A DNA stretch of 64,000 nucleotides from an uncultured cyanobacterium (lineage in GTDB: Bacteria > Cyanobacteriota > Cyanobacteriia > Cyanobacteriales > CAWCAG01): positions 1 to 64,000 of the forward strand of contig CAWDOD010000011.1 of NCBI GenBank assembly GCA_963803805.1, given 5' to 3'. Both the position numbers and the translations under genes were made by a program. The notes below the pieces were generated by a model. The model did no database searches. It was not told the DNA's origin and worked only from the letters and a program-made list of their open reading frames with translations. This document shows, in pieces, positions 53,284-63,759 of the stretch. Position 1 is the first letter of the stretch. Every line of letters starts with the position of its first letter.

Positions 53284-54837
53284 CTAGCTTTTTAACTGTT
53301 CAATCGTCGGCATTTTTGTAACCCGCATCAACTCAGTTATCGTAGCTATTTCTTGGTCGCGATTGCAGCCTGCTACTGCTAACACTTGCTTATCTTTGAC
53401 GTAGTAAGCAATAAATTCTTGCTCCTCAACGTTACCATCAATAATAACTTCATCCCAACTTGTTGCATGACCAGCGTAGCGAAGTTTTAAATCATATTGT
53501 CCTGTCCAAAAGAAAGGGATTCCTTTAAACTTAACTTCTTTTCCTGCCATATTATAGGCGGCGATGCGACCATGTTGAGCTGCTAAACGCCAATGTTCAA
53601 TGCGAGTGGGTTCTTCTGTTTGCCAGTAGGGAAAGCGAGCAATATCTCCGGCTGCATATAAACTTTCTTTTACCTGGAGGTATTCGTTGGTAGGAACACT
53701 GTGATCTTTTTCATTAATTTCTACTCCTTTTAAGTAATCGGTGGCAGGCTCTACTCCTACCCCAACTACTACTAAATCCGCAGTTAAGGAAGTGCCGTTT
53801 TTGAGAATTACCTCCTCAACTTTACCGTTTCCGACAAACTTAGTTGCTTTGGTTTCACTATGGAAAACCACACCATTTTTTTCATGTAATTGACGGAACA
53901 TCTGCCCAATTTCTTCCCCAAGAATAGAGGCAAAGGGGACTGCATCGGGAGATACTACCGTGACAGCAATGTCTTGTTTCCTTAGACTTGCGGCAACCTC
54001 CATCCCAATAAAACTAGAGCCAATTACTACCGCTTGAGATGCTTCTTGAGCCGCAGCGACAATTTGTTGGGCATCTTCATGATTGCGTAGGGTGAAGATG
54101 TTTTTTAGCTCAAACCCAGGGACATCAAGTTTTCTCGCTTTGCAGCCTGTGGCTAGGAGCAAGGCATCGTAATTCATGGTTGAATCATCGGCAAAGGTAA
54201 TTTGTTTTTGGGTGGCATCAACTTCCTTAACGCGATGATTGGTAAGCACTTCAATATTGTGTTGTTGATAAAATTGTTGCGATCGCAAGGGTAAGGAATT
54301 ATCGCCGCTTTTTCCTTGTAAGTATTTCTTACTCAACATAGTGCGGTCATAGGGCAGCTCATCGGCGGCGGTGAGCATCACCACTCTGCCTTGAAACCCA
54401 GCTTGACGCAAAGTCTCAGCCCCATTAATTCCTGCTACTCCTGCCCCTAAAATCACAAACACTCTGCTATCAGCATCCGGATTATAGCTGGCCATGTTAG
54501 GAACACACTGCTGAGGTGCATTTTCAGGAACTGTGACTACAATATCATTTCCTTTAACTTCTACTTCATAAGCCGGTAAATCATCTAAAGCCGGGGGTTC
54601 AAGCATTTCGCCGTTTTTAGCCTGAAAACAAGCATTATGCCAAGGACAAACCAGGCGATCGCCTTTGAGAACTCCATTGATTAATTTAGCCCCATAATGA
54701 GTACAATTGGCCCCAGTAGCAAAGAATTTCCCTTCTACTTTAGTCAGCAAAACCTTAGTTTTTGCTACGGAAACTTCTTTCATTTCCCCATCTTGCAAAT
54801 CACTAACCTGGGCAACAACAGTGCTAATGCTACTCAT
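53284..54837 (-). CDS. Rieske [2Fe-2S] plus FAD-dependent oxidoreductase (AIFM3-like)
   Basis: CTHYG...CPWH Rieske motifs, GAGVAG, PYDRTMLSK, AAGDIA, PFFWT. Confidence 0.9.
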   Translation of the reverse strand: MSSISTVVAQVSDLQDGEMKEVSVAKTKVLLTKVEGKFFATGANCTHYGAKLINGVLKGDRLVCPWHNACFQAKNGEMLEPPALDDLPAYEVEVKGNDIVVTVPENAPQQCVPNMASYNPDADSRVFVILGAGVAGINGAETLRQAGFQGRVVMLTAADELPYDRTMLSKKYLQGKSGDNSLPLRSQQFYQQHNIEVLTNHRVKEVDATQKQITFADDSTMNYDALLLATGCKARKLDVPGFELKNIFTLRNHEDAQQIVAAAQEASQAVVIGSSFIGMEVAASLRKQDIAVTVVSPDAVPFASILGEEIGQMFRQLHEKNGVVFHSETKATKFVGNGKVEEVILKNGTSLTADLVVVGVGVEPATDYLKGVEINEKDHSVPTNEYLQVKESLYAAGDIARFPYWQTEEPTRIEHWRLAAQHGRIAAYNMAGKEVKFKGIPFFWTGQYDLKLRYAGHATSWDEVIIDGNVEEQEFIAYYVKDKQVLAVAGCNRDQEIATITELMRVTKMPTIEQLKS

Positions 54838-55069
54838 TTATCCTTCCTTGATACCTATATTTTCTACCTTCTCAAAAGCAGTCAAGACAACCATCTGGCG
54901 AAAGTGATAACAACCACAGCTTAGTAATTGACCCTAAGATAGATAGATATAGCACTTTGTGGGTAGTTGACCTTAATTAAGGTAGATAAAAGTCAATCTC
55001 CAGGTAATTGGCTAATTAAGGGGGTAGAGATATCATCTCCTTAGATAAGAGGCGAATTTACCATTAACT

Positions 55070-55483
55070 ATGTATGTAATCGTTGTAGGTGGAGGGTTAG
55101 TTGCCCGTTCCTTAATATCTCAAGCAATTGAAGATGGCCATGCCGTAGCAGTTATAGAAGAAGATGAAGAACGGGCTAGAGTAATGTTGAAACAACATGA
55201 TCAGGTACAAGTCTTTCAAGCAAGTATTGCTCAAGGTGGGATTCTAGAGGAAGCTGGAGGCAAAAAAGCAGATGTGTTATTTGCCACCACCGAAGACGAT
55301 TCAGCTAACTTAATGGCTATGGTTTTAGGAAAAGAATATGGCATTAAGCATCTTGTGACTATGCTTAGCGATCGCAAACATAAAGATATGTTTGAAAAAC
55401 TGGGTTTTCAAGTATTAGTAGATCCAGAAAAACTTATCGCCCAGCGATTATTCAGTTTTGTGGACAAGTCTGAGAAAGAGTAA
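55070..55483 (+). CDS. trkA: TrkA-N (RCK) subunit
   Basis: VGGGLVA, TEDDSANL; coupled to trkH. Confidence 0.85.
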   Translation: MYVIVVGGGLVARSLISQAIEDGHAVAVIEEDEERARVMLKQHDQVQVFQASIAQGGILEEAGGKKADVLFATTEDDSANLMAMVLGKEYGIKHLVTMLSDRKHKDMFEKLGFQVLVDPEKLIAQRLFSFVDKSEKE

Positions 55484-57003
55484 TGAATCCTTACCTCAAG
55501 ACGATTTGCCGCGATCTTGGTTTACTACTGCATATTCCCGGAGCTATGGCTCTAATATCGGTGTTAGTATCCTTAGCCTGGGGAGAAGTATATGCAGTGC
55601 GCCCTTTTATTGTTACGGCTATAGTTACTTTTGTGACTGGTCAAGTATTTTATCAGCAATGCAAACAGCCTAAATCATTAAAGATGCGTCATGCGATGGC
55701 GATCGCTGCCCTTGGTTGGCTGATTTTACCTTTGTTTGCAGCGATTCCCTTTTTAATGATTGCTACTAAACTAGCTGCTTATACGGATACTGGAGCAACA
55801 GTTTTGTACTTTCAAAAACCTTGGAATGCTGTATTTGAAGCTTTTTCTGGGTTCAGCAGTGCTGGTTTAACCATGGCTATTCGGGCGAGTGAATTACCCC
55901 ATTGTTTACAATGGTGGCGCTCTTTGATGCAATGGGTAGGAGGGGTTGGGGTTATTGTTTTAGTTCTCTCTGTCCTCGAACCTAGTACTGATCCCTATCA
56001 ACTTTACAGTGCCGAAGGACGTTCTAAAACCATTGGCTTGACAGTAAGGGCAACGGTACGCAAGATTTGGTGGATTTATATTCTCTATACCATCGCTAGC
56101 ATCATGCTTTTACGGGTGGCAGGAATGGGTTGGTGGGATGCCCTTAATCATGGTATGGCTGGTATCTCTACCGGAGGTTTTAGTACTCAAGATGATAATC
56201 TTGGTTCTTTTGCTCCTAGTGTCCAAATTGCCGCTATTCCCATTATGATTTTGGGGGCAGTAAGCTTTGCAATGCACTATCAAGTCTTACGCTACGGCAA
56301 TATAGGAGTTTTGTGGAAAAATACCCAACATCGAGCTTTGGTTATTTTACTATTGTTGGGTACTCTGTTACTTTTGCTGGCTAACTATTCTTTAGATAAT
56401 ACCTGGCTGTGGCGAGATACTATTTTTCAATGGGCTTCCGCTTTAGGAACCTGCGGATTTGGTAGTACGGATCTTAAAGGGTGGAGTGATAGTGCTAAGT
56501 TGTTGTTAACTATGGCTATGTTCATTGGCGGCACTGCTGGTTCAACGGTAGGGGGCATAAAATTAGAACGGGCGGTGGTTCTTTATAAAGCAATATTGTG
56601 GCGCTTCCAACGCTTGAAAATGAAGCCCCACCAAATGATGCGTTTCAAGTTAAACGGGGAAGTTTTAACTGAAGCTGAAGCAAGTCATAGGGTGGAAGGA
56701 GCCGCCGTTTTGGCCCTATTGTGGTTAGGAATGGTGATTGTCGGTATCTTTGTGTTGTTGCAGCTAGCCTTGCCAGCCCACACCTTAATTGATGTTATTT
56801 TTGAAGTCACCTCAGCCCTTGGTAGTGTTGGTTTATCTACTGGTATTACTAGCCCTTCTTTGCAATGGCCTGGTAAATTGGCCCTGATTATGTTTATGTG
56901 GATGGGAAGATTAGAAATTATTCCCGTTTTAGTATTAATTTCTGCTTGCCTCAAACCTTTTGCTATTCATCGTCCGGCTTCTAGGAGATTGAGGAATAAG
57001 TAA
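55483..57003 (+). CDS. trkH: TrkH-family potassium uptake membrane protein
   Basis: SGFSSAGLT, STGGFS, GTCGFG, GSVGLSTG, MWMGRLE. Confidence 0.9.
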   Translation: MNPYLKTICRDLGLLLHIPGAMALISVLVSLAWGEVYAVRPFIVTAIVTFVTGQVFYQQCKQPKSLKMRHAMAIAALGWLILPLFAAIPFLMIATKLAAYTDTGATVLYFQKPWNAVFEAFSGFSSAGLTMAIRASELPHCLQWWRSLMQWVGGVGVIVLVLSVLEPSTDPYQLYSAEGRSKTIGLTVRATVRKIWWIYILYTIASIMLLRVAGMGWWDALNHGMAGISTGGFSTQDDNLGSFAPSVQIAAIPIMILGAVSFAMHYQVLRYGNIGVLWKNTQHRALVILLLLGTLLLLLANYSLDNTWLWRDTIFQWASALGTCGFGSTDLKGWSDSAKLLLTMAMFIGGTAGSTVGGIKLERAVVLYKAILWRFQRLKMKPHQMMRFKLNGEVLTEAEASHRVEGAAVLALLWLGMVIVGIFVLLQLALPAHTLIDVIFEVTSALGSVGLSTGITSPSLQWPGKLALIMFMWMGRLEIIPVLVLISACLKPFAIHRPASRRLRNK

Positions 57004-57042
57004 TTAAGGCTCAGGGGTAAAATGTTTAATGACAAATGATCA

Positions 57043-58224
57043 ATGACAAATAAGATGGCTAATTGGCAACAAGCGATCGCACATATTGCTCATGATGCGG
57101 AACAGCATTTTGATAAGTTGAGTTTTCGTTTGAAAAAGCGTTTAGGAATTAATGATCCTCTGCAAGTTCTTCCTTATTTAGGTTATGGGACAAAAAACTT
57201 GCTTCGGTTTAGGGGTCGAGTTTTAGAAGATGAAGGTATCACTAAAGCCAGCGATCGCGATACAGTTTGGCACAATTTGCTTAATATGTATAAACGCTTG
57301 GAAAGTGATGAAGTACCTGGGGCTAAGGTAGAAGTTATTTTCAATGAGCAAGAAATTGAGTTTGTGGCTGATGAAGAAGGTTTTTTCTTGGTAGAACTTT
57401 CTCTCGACAAAGCTTTAGAAAAAGATGCTTATTGGCAAGAAGTTAACTTAGAATTAATTGAGCCAAAAAGCAAGAAGCAATCCGGTGTAAGTGCGGTGGC
57501 TAGGGTGATGATTCCCCCTGAGAAAGCTGAATTTGGTGTTATCAGCGACATTGACGATACAATCTTGCAAACCCATGCTTTTGATTGGTTACAAATGGCT
57601 CGTTTAGTGTTTCTTAATAATGCCCATACTCGCTTACCTTTTTTGGGAGTTGCTAGTTTTTATCAAGCTTTACAAAGAGGGATTAAGGGTGATAATTACA
57701 ACCCGATTTTCTATGTTTCTAGTAGTCCTTGGAACTTTTTTGATTTGTTGTGGGAGTTTATCGAGTTAAACGAAATTCCGGTTGGTCCTTTACTTTTACG
57801 AGATTACGGACTTTCTCAAGAAGATCCCTTTTCTGATGGTCATGAAAACCATAAACTCAGCAAAATTAAGCCTATTCTAGAATTATATACTGATTTATCT
57901 TTTATTTTAATTGGGGATAGTGGTCAAAAAGATCCAGAGATTTATACTCAAGTAGTACGGGATTATCCTGGACGCATTTTAGCTATTTATATTCGTGATG
58001 TAACTACTTCCCCTAGTCGCCAAGAAACGATTAATATTTTAGCAAAAGAAGTTAGTTCTTTAGGTAGTCAGTTAATTTTAGTTCCCGATACAGTTTCTGC
58101 GGCTAAACACGCTATTGAAAAAGGGTGGATACCGGCTACAAGTTTGCCAGTTATTAAGACTCAGAAAGAGGAAGATGCGAAGGAACCAGGGGAGTTAGAA
58201 CAGTTGTTGCAAACGGCGAAGTAA
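57043..58224 (+). CDS. App1-family phosphatidate phosphatase-like protein (DUF2183)
   Basis: ISDIDDT, YVSSSPWN, LIGDSGQKDPEIY. Confidence 0.88.
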   Translation: MTNKMANWQQAIAHIAHDAEQHFDKLSFRLKKRLGINDPLQVLPYLGYGTKNLLRFRGRVLEDEGITKASDRDTVWHNLLNMYKRLESDEVPGAKVEVIFNEQEIEFVADEEGFFLVELSLDKALEKDAYWQEVNLELIEPKSKKQSGVSAVARVMIPPEKAEFGVISDIDDTILQTHAFDWLQMARLVFLNNAHTRLPFLGVASFYQALQRGIKGDNYNPIFYVSSSPWNFFDLLWEFIELNEIPVGPLLLRDYGLSQEDPFSDGHENHKLSKIKPILELYTDLSFILIGDSGQKDPEIYTQVVRDYPGRILAIYIRDVTTSPSRQETINILAKEVSSLGSQLILVPDTVSAAKHAIEKGWIPATSLPVIKTQKEEDAKEPGELEQLLQTAK

Positions 58225-58255
58225 TAGCAAATCCTATTTTAACCCAATTTGCTAT

Positions 58256-58413
58256 GAGAGCATCTCAAATTGGTAAATACAGGCTTTAGCCGTCAACTTG
58301 ATATTAGCTTCACTGAAGCAGCAAGAAATGTATTCTTAAAGCTAACAGCTAACAGCTAACAGCTAATAGCTAACTTCACAGACAAACTATTTCTGCAAAA
58401 CTGAGATGCTCCC
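58256..58413. mobile_element. MITE-like element with internal heptamer repeats
   Basis: Terminal IR GAGAGCATCTCA / TGAGATGCTCCC; internal (GCTAACA)n. Confidence 0.6.
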
Positions 58414-58422
58414 ATTTGGTAT

Positions 58423-58549
58423 TAAGCTGATGTGCATTTAAACTGTGTATTACTCAACTAAGAAATAAGCCCTAAAAACCTCCCCCCATCTCCCTATCTC
58501 CCCATCTCCCCATCAAACCTAATAAGTAAATTAAATGCCTGACAGCTTA
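58423..58549. mobile_element. MITE-like element with internal octamer repeats
   Basis: Imperfect terminal IR TAAGCTGATGTGCATTTAA / TTAAATGCCTGACAGCTTA; internal CTCCCCAT repeats. Confidence 0.6.
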
Positions 58550-58550
58550 C

Positions 58551-61500
58551 TCAATTACTTCCCCATCTATCTTGGCAGTAATTACGAATTTCGCTAGGTT
58601 TGTCTAATTTTCTGGTGGAGTTGTTGACACGGATAAATAAGCTTTCTTCTTGTTCACCATTTTTGTTTTTAGTCTGAATATAAATAGGGCGAGGGGAAGG
58701 TTGTACAGTTATTTTACAAACGTCTTTTTGTTCTACTTTAGAGAAGGTTATACAAACATAAGGGGCGGAGTCTTTGCCTATTTCTCTTTGTAAGAGTAAG
58801 TCCGTTAAAAATAGTTCATAGGCATCTTGTTTGTTACCTTTTTTCAGAGTTTGATAATCTGCCTCTAAGCCAATTACGTTACCGTTATCTTCAACGCCAA
58901 TTAATAATGTTCCCCCGCGACTATTTAGGAAGGCGGTGACGGTTTTGACGATGATTTGTTCCATAACTTTACTCTTTTTGTTCTCCCGCAAGTCCCAACG
59001 GGCAGTAGATTTAAACTCTAAGGTGGCGCTTTCTCCTTGGGTGATTAAGTTGACTATTTCTGGATCGCCAGATAGGGGAGTAAAGTTATGATATTCTGTG
59101 AGGGCTGCTTGTTTTGTTTCTTCAGAAATGAGGGGGAAGGTGTTAAGAATGTGTTTGAATTCTTGTTCTGTTAAGCCGTAAATATGGGCGATGATGCCAT
59201 CAAGTTCGGCGCGAAGTTTTGCTCTTTGGGTTTCGTCCGTTACGCCGTTTTTATGGGATTCTAAGCCAATTTCTTGGGCAAGTTGGTCAAATTCTGGAGT
59301 TGTGCAAATGAGTTTTGCGGCACGTTCTACTATTTGTTGGAAGTGTTTATCTTTTTCGGTTAGGCGGGGGATGGGGAGTTGATAAACGTAGAACATATTA
59401 CAATGAGCAGTGACTTTTTGGCGAATAACCCAGTCACAACAAAAACTATTTAGTATGGAAACTACTAATAATGATTCTTGAATATTCTCTAAAGGATTAG
59501 CAATTACTAAAGTATTTCCAGTAAAAATGTTTTCAGAAATAATTGTGGCAATCATTGTTCTTTTATCTGTATTCCTAGCAATATCTCTAAATCCCAAACG
59601 ATAACATTGATAATCTAAGGTTTGACCTTTATCTTCTTGACCTCTTTTTAATACAGCTTCTCTTCCCTCTTCTTCATCAATCCAATATCTCGGTTCAGCC
59701 CATTGATGAGTAAACTGATGAATCATTTTCCCTTCATACAAGGGGAGTCTTCCTTTTGCTGGTTCAGTTTTGAACAAATACGCATCATCAGTCATATTCA
59801 ACTCACGATGTAATTCTAAATTCCATTTACCAGGTATTTCTTCCCCCAATAAAGGAAATTTCGCCATTTTTTCAGCGATAGTAACATCTAAATTACTTTT
59901 AAACTCCATCACTGAGATAGAATCCGGTGATAACTTTTTAATCAATTCAATTGAAATATTTAAGGTTTCTTCATCAGGAAAATGCTGTAATTCTTGCACA
60001 TCGTGACGCATAAACTTAGCCGGAAATTGTTTTGTTTGACTATTCTTTTCAAAAGTTAAAACCACAAACTTAAAACTTCTGTGAACTCCTTCAAAAATAG
60101 TCTTGCGATTTTCAAAACAGAATAATCCTGTTACTTTCGTTTCAGTAAACAACATTTCCCGGAGTTGCTTACTACCTAAATCTGTATAAATCCCACTAGG
60201 TATTACCAAACCACATTCACCATGAGAACTTAAAAGATTATGACATTGTTCAACAAACAATTTATACAAATTTATATCTTTGCCATGTCTCCTACCATTA
60301 ATAATAGGAACTTGATTCTCATATTGAGGTGCAATTCTAAAGTATTCTCTTGTATGCTTGAAATTACTTTGGTATTTTAACCAGTGTTTCTGTATAGTTT
60401 TATTAGCAAGTAAACGTTTTTGTTCAGCTTTAAATGCTTTTAAAGACATTTTCTTTTTAGAAACGTCCTCACTATACTGACTAAAAAATTCTTTGGCATC
60501 ATGCTGAAATATCTCCCAAGGTGGATTAGTAATAATCGCATCAAACCCGCCTTTATCCGCAATCACCTCGTTAAAATGATAGCCCCAATGAAAGGGCTTC
60601 AATCTAGCAATATCCTCTATTTTCAATAACCGCTTCTTTGCCTTCCCTTTCAATTGTGCTTCTTCGTACTTAATCCCTAACTTGCTACTAAACTCATCTA
60701 ACAATAACTGATTCAACTTTTGGGTTGATTCTCTATTAACTAACTGAATATGATCACGTAAACTTTGTAAGCGAGAATCTTGATCTGTCCCTTCCACATC
60801 CCCAGACTTAAAAGCGTGTTCCTTGTACATAGCCACACTTTTATTCTTCTCTACCAGAATTTTTTGATACTCTGAAGCTGCTAACTGAGGTAAAAAATTT
60901 CCTTGCACTGCTACGGGTTCAAAAATAGCTTTTTGAGTGGGTTCAACTCCATACTTTTGCTGCCCCTCCAAACTAGAAAAAGCATCTCCATCCACTTGTA
61001 TTAAACCAATCAAAGAATTACCCACCATAATATTAAAATCAATATTAGGTAAAGGTTCCAACTCTTCCTTTGTTTGTGCGGAAGAAACCAAAGCTAAAAA
61101 CAACCGCAACTTAGCAATTTCTGTAGCTTCCTCCATGATATCCACACCATAGAGATTGTCGGTAATAATGCGCTTTTTAACAAAATAAGCTAAAGAAGGA
61201 TGGGAATTATGAATCTCTTTTAGCCATTTTTTTAACTTCCGACTTCCCTTTAACTCAATCGTACCAATTACTGCTGTGTAAACAGAAATTAGCGTCTTCA
61301 TTCCTGCTACTAAAAATGCCCCCGAACCACAAGCAGGATCAAGTATAGTTAAATTAGGTAAAATATCTGCAACTAAAAGACTACAAAGATTACTATCTAA
61401 CTTCAACAACAACTCATTAACACTCTTGAAATCCGTCTTCCCCTGATTATTAACCCGATCTACAATCAACTTATTAATAGTGCGATCGCATAAATATTCT

Positions 61501-62549
61501 GTAATCTCCGGACGAGTATAATAAGCCCCGTACTCTTTTTGGTTAATATATTTTTCAAAAATATAACCCAACACATCGGGATTCATCTCATCATCTTTTC
61601 CCCCCGGAGTATCATCAAGATTCCAAGAATAACGAGAAAATAAATCTAAAACCTCCTCAAAAGCCGCATCAGCAATAAAAATTTCAGTGTATTTCTGTTC
61701 AATAGGATGTTGCAGAAATAGCCCCCCGTTGAGATATTTAACCTCACCAATCAACTCAACAACAGCATCATCTCGTTCACTTTCTCCCTTACCAAAGCCA
61801 TCAAAAAATAGCGCTTGTAAAAACTCCCGATAATATCGATCTTCTCCCCTCGCCTTACTTGCAACTAACTTATTTTGTAAATAATCAACATCAGTATCAA
61901 TAAACCCCTTGCGTTGCAAAAAATAGACAAACATCAAACGATTCAACAACACAGAAGTATACCAACGACGGTCACTTTCAGTATCAATTCCTTTCACAAA
62001 ATCAAGAAAATGTAAATGCTGTTCTTGAAACTCTTGATAAAACTTCTTAGTAACTCGTTCAATATCAAAAGCACTTTCAAGTTTTTTAGCAACTTCAACA
62101 ACAGAAAGCCCTTCATACTCTTCTAATTTAGTAATATCAAGAATCAAAGAACTTAACTTACTTAAAAATGAATCCCCCGGTTGCCCCTTCACATAAAGAT
62201 GATCACGAATATAACGCTTTGTCCCCTCTCGCTTCACCCAATACCATAAACTGCGTGTCCTCTCCTCATCCACAAAAATTAACAGGTTTTCCGCCACCCG
62301 TTGTTCAATTTCTTTATGTATCGCTGTGCGAATCTTCCCATCAGGAATCTCTCCTTCTGCCCCAGTTACCTCAAAAATAGCCACCTTCGCTGCTTCGGCT
62401 ATCCTATAGTAATTATAAGTTTTTTCCTCAATTTCCAAGGACTCCAACTTCTTGCTAGATGGTTGATTCCACCCTAATTCCTCAATAAATGCGTCCTGAA
62501 AGCGAAACTCGTCTACAAAATCACGGATACGTTCAAAATTGAGTGCCAT
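58551..62549 (-). CDS. Type IIG (Eco57I-like) amino-DNA-methyltransferase with TRD, fused to a C-terminal Schlafen/AlbA_2 domain
   Basis: YLNGGLF, GAYYT, LDPACGSGAF (motif I), NPPW (motif IV), PLYEGKMI TRD region; C-terminal ESATLEFKST...AFLNSRGGTLLIGVED. Confidence 0.88.
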   Translation of the reverse strand: MALNFERIRDFVDEFRFQDAFIEELGWNQPSSKKLESLEIEEKTYNYYRIAEAAKVAIFEVTGAEGEIPDGKIRTAIHKEIEQRVAENLLIFVDEERTRSLWYWVKREGTKRYIRDHLYVKGQPGDSFLSKLSSLILDITKLEEYEGLSVVEVAKKLESAFDIERVTKKFYQEFQEQHLHFLDFVKGIDTESDRRWYTSVLLNRLMFVYFLQRKGFIDTDVDYLQNKLVASKARGEDRYYREFLQALFFDGFGKGESERDDAVVELIGEVKYLNGGLFLQHPIEQKYTEIFIADAAFEEVLDLFSRYSWNLDDTPGGKDDEMNPDVLGYIFEKYINQKEYGAYYTRPEITEYLCDRTINKLIVDRVNNQGKTDFKSVNELLLKLDSNLCSLLVADILPNLTILDPACGSGAFLVAGMKTLISVYTAVIGTIELKGSRKLKKWLKEIHNSHPSLAYFVKKRIITDNLYGVDIMEEATEIAKLRLFLALVSSAQTKEELEPLPNIDFNIMVGNSLIGLIQVDGDAFSSLEGQQKYGVEPTQKAIFEPVAVQGNFLPQLAASEYQKILVEKNKSVAMYKEHAFKSGDVEGTDQDSRLQSLRDHIQLVNRESTQKLNQLLLDEFSSKLGIKYEEAQLKGKAKKRLLKIEDIARLKPFHWGYHFNEVIADKGGFDAIITNPPWEIFQHDAKEFFSQYSEDVSKKKMSLKAFKAEQKRLLANKTIQKHWLKYQSNFKHTREYFRIAPQYENQVPIINGRRHGKDINLYKLFVEQCHNLLSSHGECGLVIPSGIYTDLGSKQLREMLFTETKVTGLFCFENRKTIFEGVHRSFKFVVLTFEKNSQTKQFPAKFMRHDVQELQHFPDEETLNISIELIKKLSPDSISVMEFKSNLDVTIAEKMAKFPLLGEEIPGKWNLELHRELNMTDDAYLFKTEPAKGRLPLYEGKMIHQFTHQWAEPRYWIDEEEGREAVLKRGQEDKGQTLDYQCYRLGFRDIARNTDKRTMIATIISENIFTGNTLVIANPLENIQESLLVVSILNSFCCDWVIRQKVTAHCNMFYVYQLPIPRLTEKDKHFQQIVERAAKLICTTPEFDQLAQEIGLESHKNGVTDETQRAKLRAELDGIIAHIYGLTEQEFKHILNTFPLISEETKQAALTEYHNFTPLSGDPEIVNLITQGESATLEFKSTARWDLRENKKSKVMEQIIVKTVTAFLNSRGGTLLIGVEDNGNVIGLEADYQTLKKGNKQDAYELFLTDLLLQREIGKDSAPYVCITFSKVEQKDVCKITVQPSPRPIYIQTKNKNGEQEESLFIRVNNSTRKLDKPSEIRNYCQDRWGSN

Positions 62550-62603
62550 CAGTATACTTAATTTCTACCTTAATATTTTAGGCTAAATTTCCCATCTATA
62601 GCC

Positions 62604-62960
62604 TTAATCTACAGTTTCAGCCCCTGTAGCAAAACCCGTAAACTCCCGTATCTCAGGTTCATGAAACGCCAAAACTATATCCTGCTTAGGTACTCCCATC
62701 TCAACTAAGCGGTTAGCAAATCCCCCCTCTGTACCATCATGCTGAATCCAGATTTTTCCCTTCTTAATATCCATATGCACAATGCAACCAAAATCCCGCT
62801 TATTGCCGCGCCAACCCACATACAGTAATTGATAGTGATCTTGCTGGATATCAAATACAGTTTGAACTTCATACTCTGGTGCATTCCGTTGCTGTGAAGC
62901 CTGTTTAGCCCGCTCAGAAAGAAGATGTTTTATATACTGACGATATTGTTCTACAGCCAT
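62604..62960 (-). CDS. xisI: XisI-family protein
   Basis: DHYQLLYVGW, HMDIKKGKIWIQHDGTE, VPKQDIVLAFH. Confidence 0.93.
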   Translation of the reverse strand: MAVEQYRQYIKHLLSERAKQASQQRNAPEYEVQTVFDIQQDHYQLLYVGWRGNKRDFGCIVHMDIKKGKIWIQHDGTEGGFANRLVEMGVPKQDIVLAFHEPEIREFTGFATGAETVD

Positions 62961-63361
62961 TGAACAATTACCTCCTGCTTGACATCATAAATCACTAATC
63001 GTAATTGATATCTTTCAACTGCTGCGGTAATAAAGCGTCGCTGGAAAAAAGTCTCATAAATTGGCAATCGCACCGCCAAATAAAGTAAGCGATCTGGTTC
63101 AATTTTTGCTAGTGCATCTCGGTAATTGAGGAATTGACCTAACGCCGTATGAAAGTCAGAAACGTTAGATGGACTAATAAAACTTTTCACTTCCACAGCA
63201 ACTTTTTGATTTCCTCGTTCTGCTGCTAACAATTGTTCTGCGGCTAAATCAATTTCAAAGTCTACATCGTCGATACTAATTTCGTAAGGATCGGCTGTAA
63301 TCTGCCAATTGTCTTTTTCTAGAGCAGTTCTCACAACATTATGAAATCTATCTCTCGCCAT
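62951..63361 (-). CDS. xisH: XisH-family protein
   Basis: MARDRFH, WQITADP, IDLAAE, AVEVKSF, FHTALGQFLNY; overlaps xisI. Confidence 0.93.
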   Translation of the reverse strand: MARDRFHNVVRTALEKDNWQITADPYEISIDDVDFEIDLAAEQLLAAERGNQKVAVEVKSFISPSNVSDFHTALGQFLNYRDALAKIEPDRLLYLAVRLPIYETFFQRRFITAAVERYQLRLVIYDVKQEVIVQWL

Positions 63362-63759
63362 TTTTAATTATCTATCATACCTTTCATTTGCTCATTTCTA
63401 TCTCCATACTCGAAGACGAGAAATTAGGATAAGCAAAAAAGAAAAGAAATTTTCTATCTTTTGGTTGTATTACTGTTTAATGATAATATTTTATAAGGGG
63501 AAATAGATGCTTCGTTTCAGAAAATTGCGAGTATTTCCATTATCTAAAATAATTTTACACTGTCAAGGGAAAAATAAGGTAGAATTCGAGAAAAAAATGT
63601 AAATTTTTGTAAAGTTATTTTACCCATACTGCTGAATATGAGGGCTTTGCCGTTTTCCTCAAGAGCGTGTTGGAAAAGCGGAGAATTAGGTAGGATAATA
63701 TAAGCCTCTTGTAAAAATGAATGCTCTCGTTGAGTTATGCACAATGAACCCGATGAATT

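Noticed and set aside
2448-62380. Numerous short antisense or overlapping ORFs in the track (e.g. 2448-2738, 10311-10628, 36023-36340, 59770-60006)
   Set aside because: They are shadows of well-supported genes in another frame or strand, with no recognisable motifs
62604-63361. fdxN-type excision element
   Set aside because: No recombinase, interrupted gene or att repeats visible in the window
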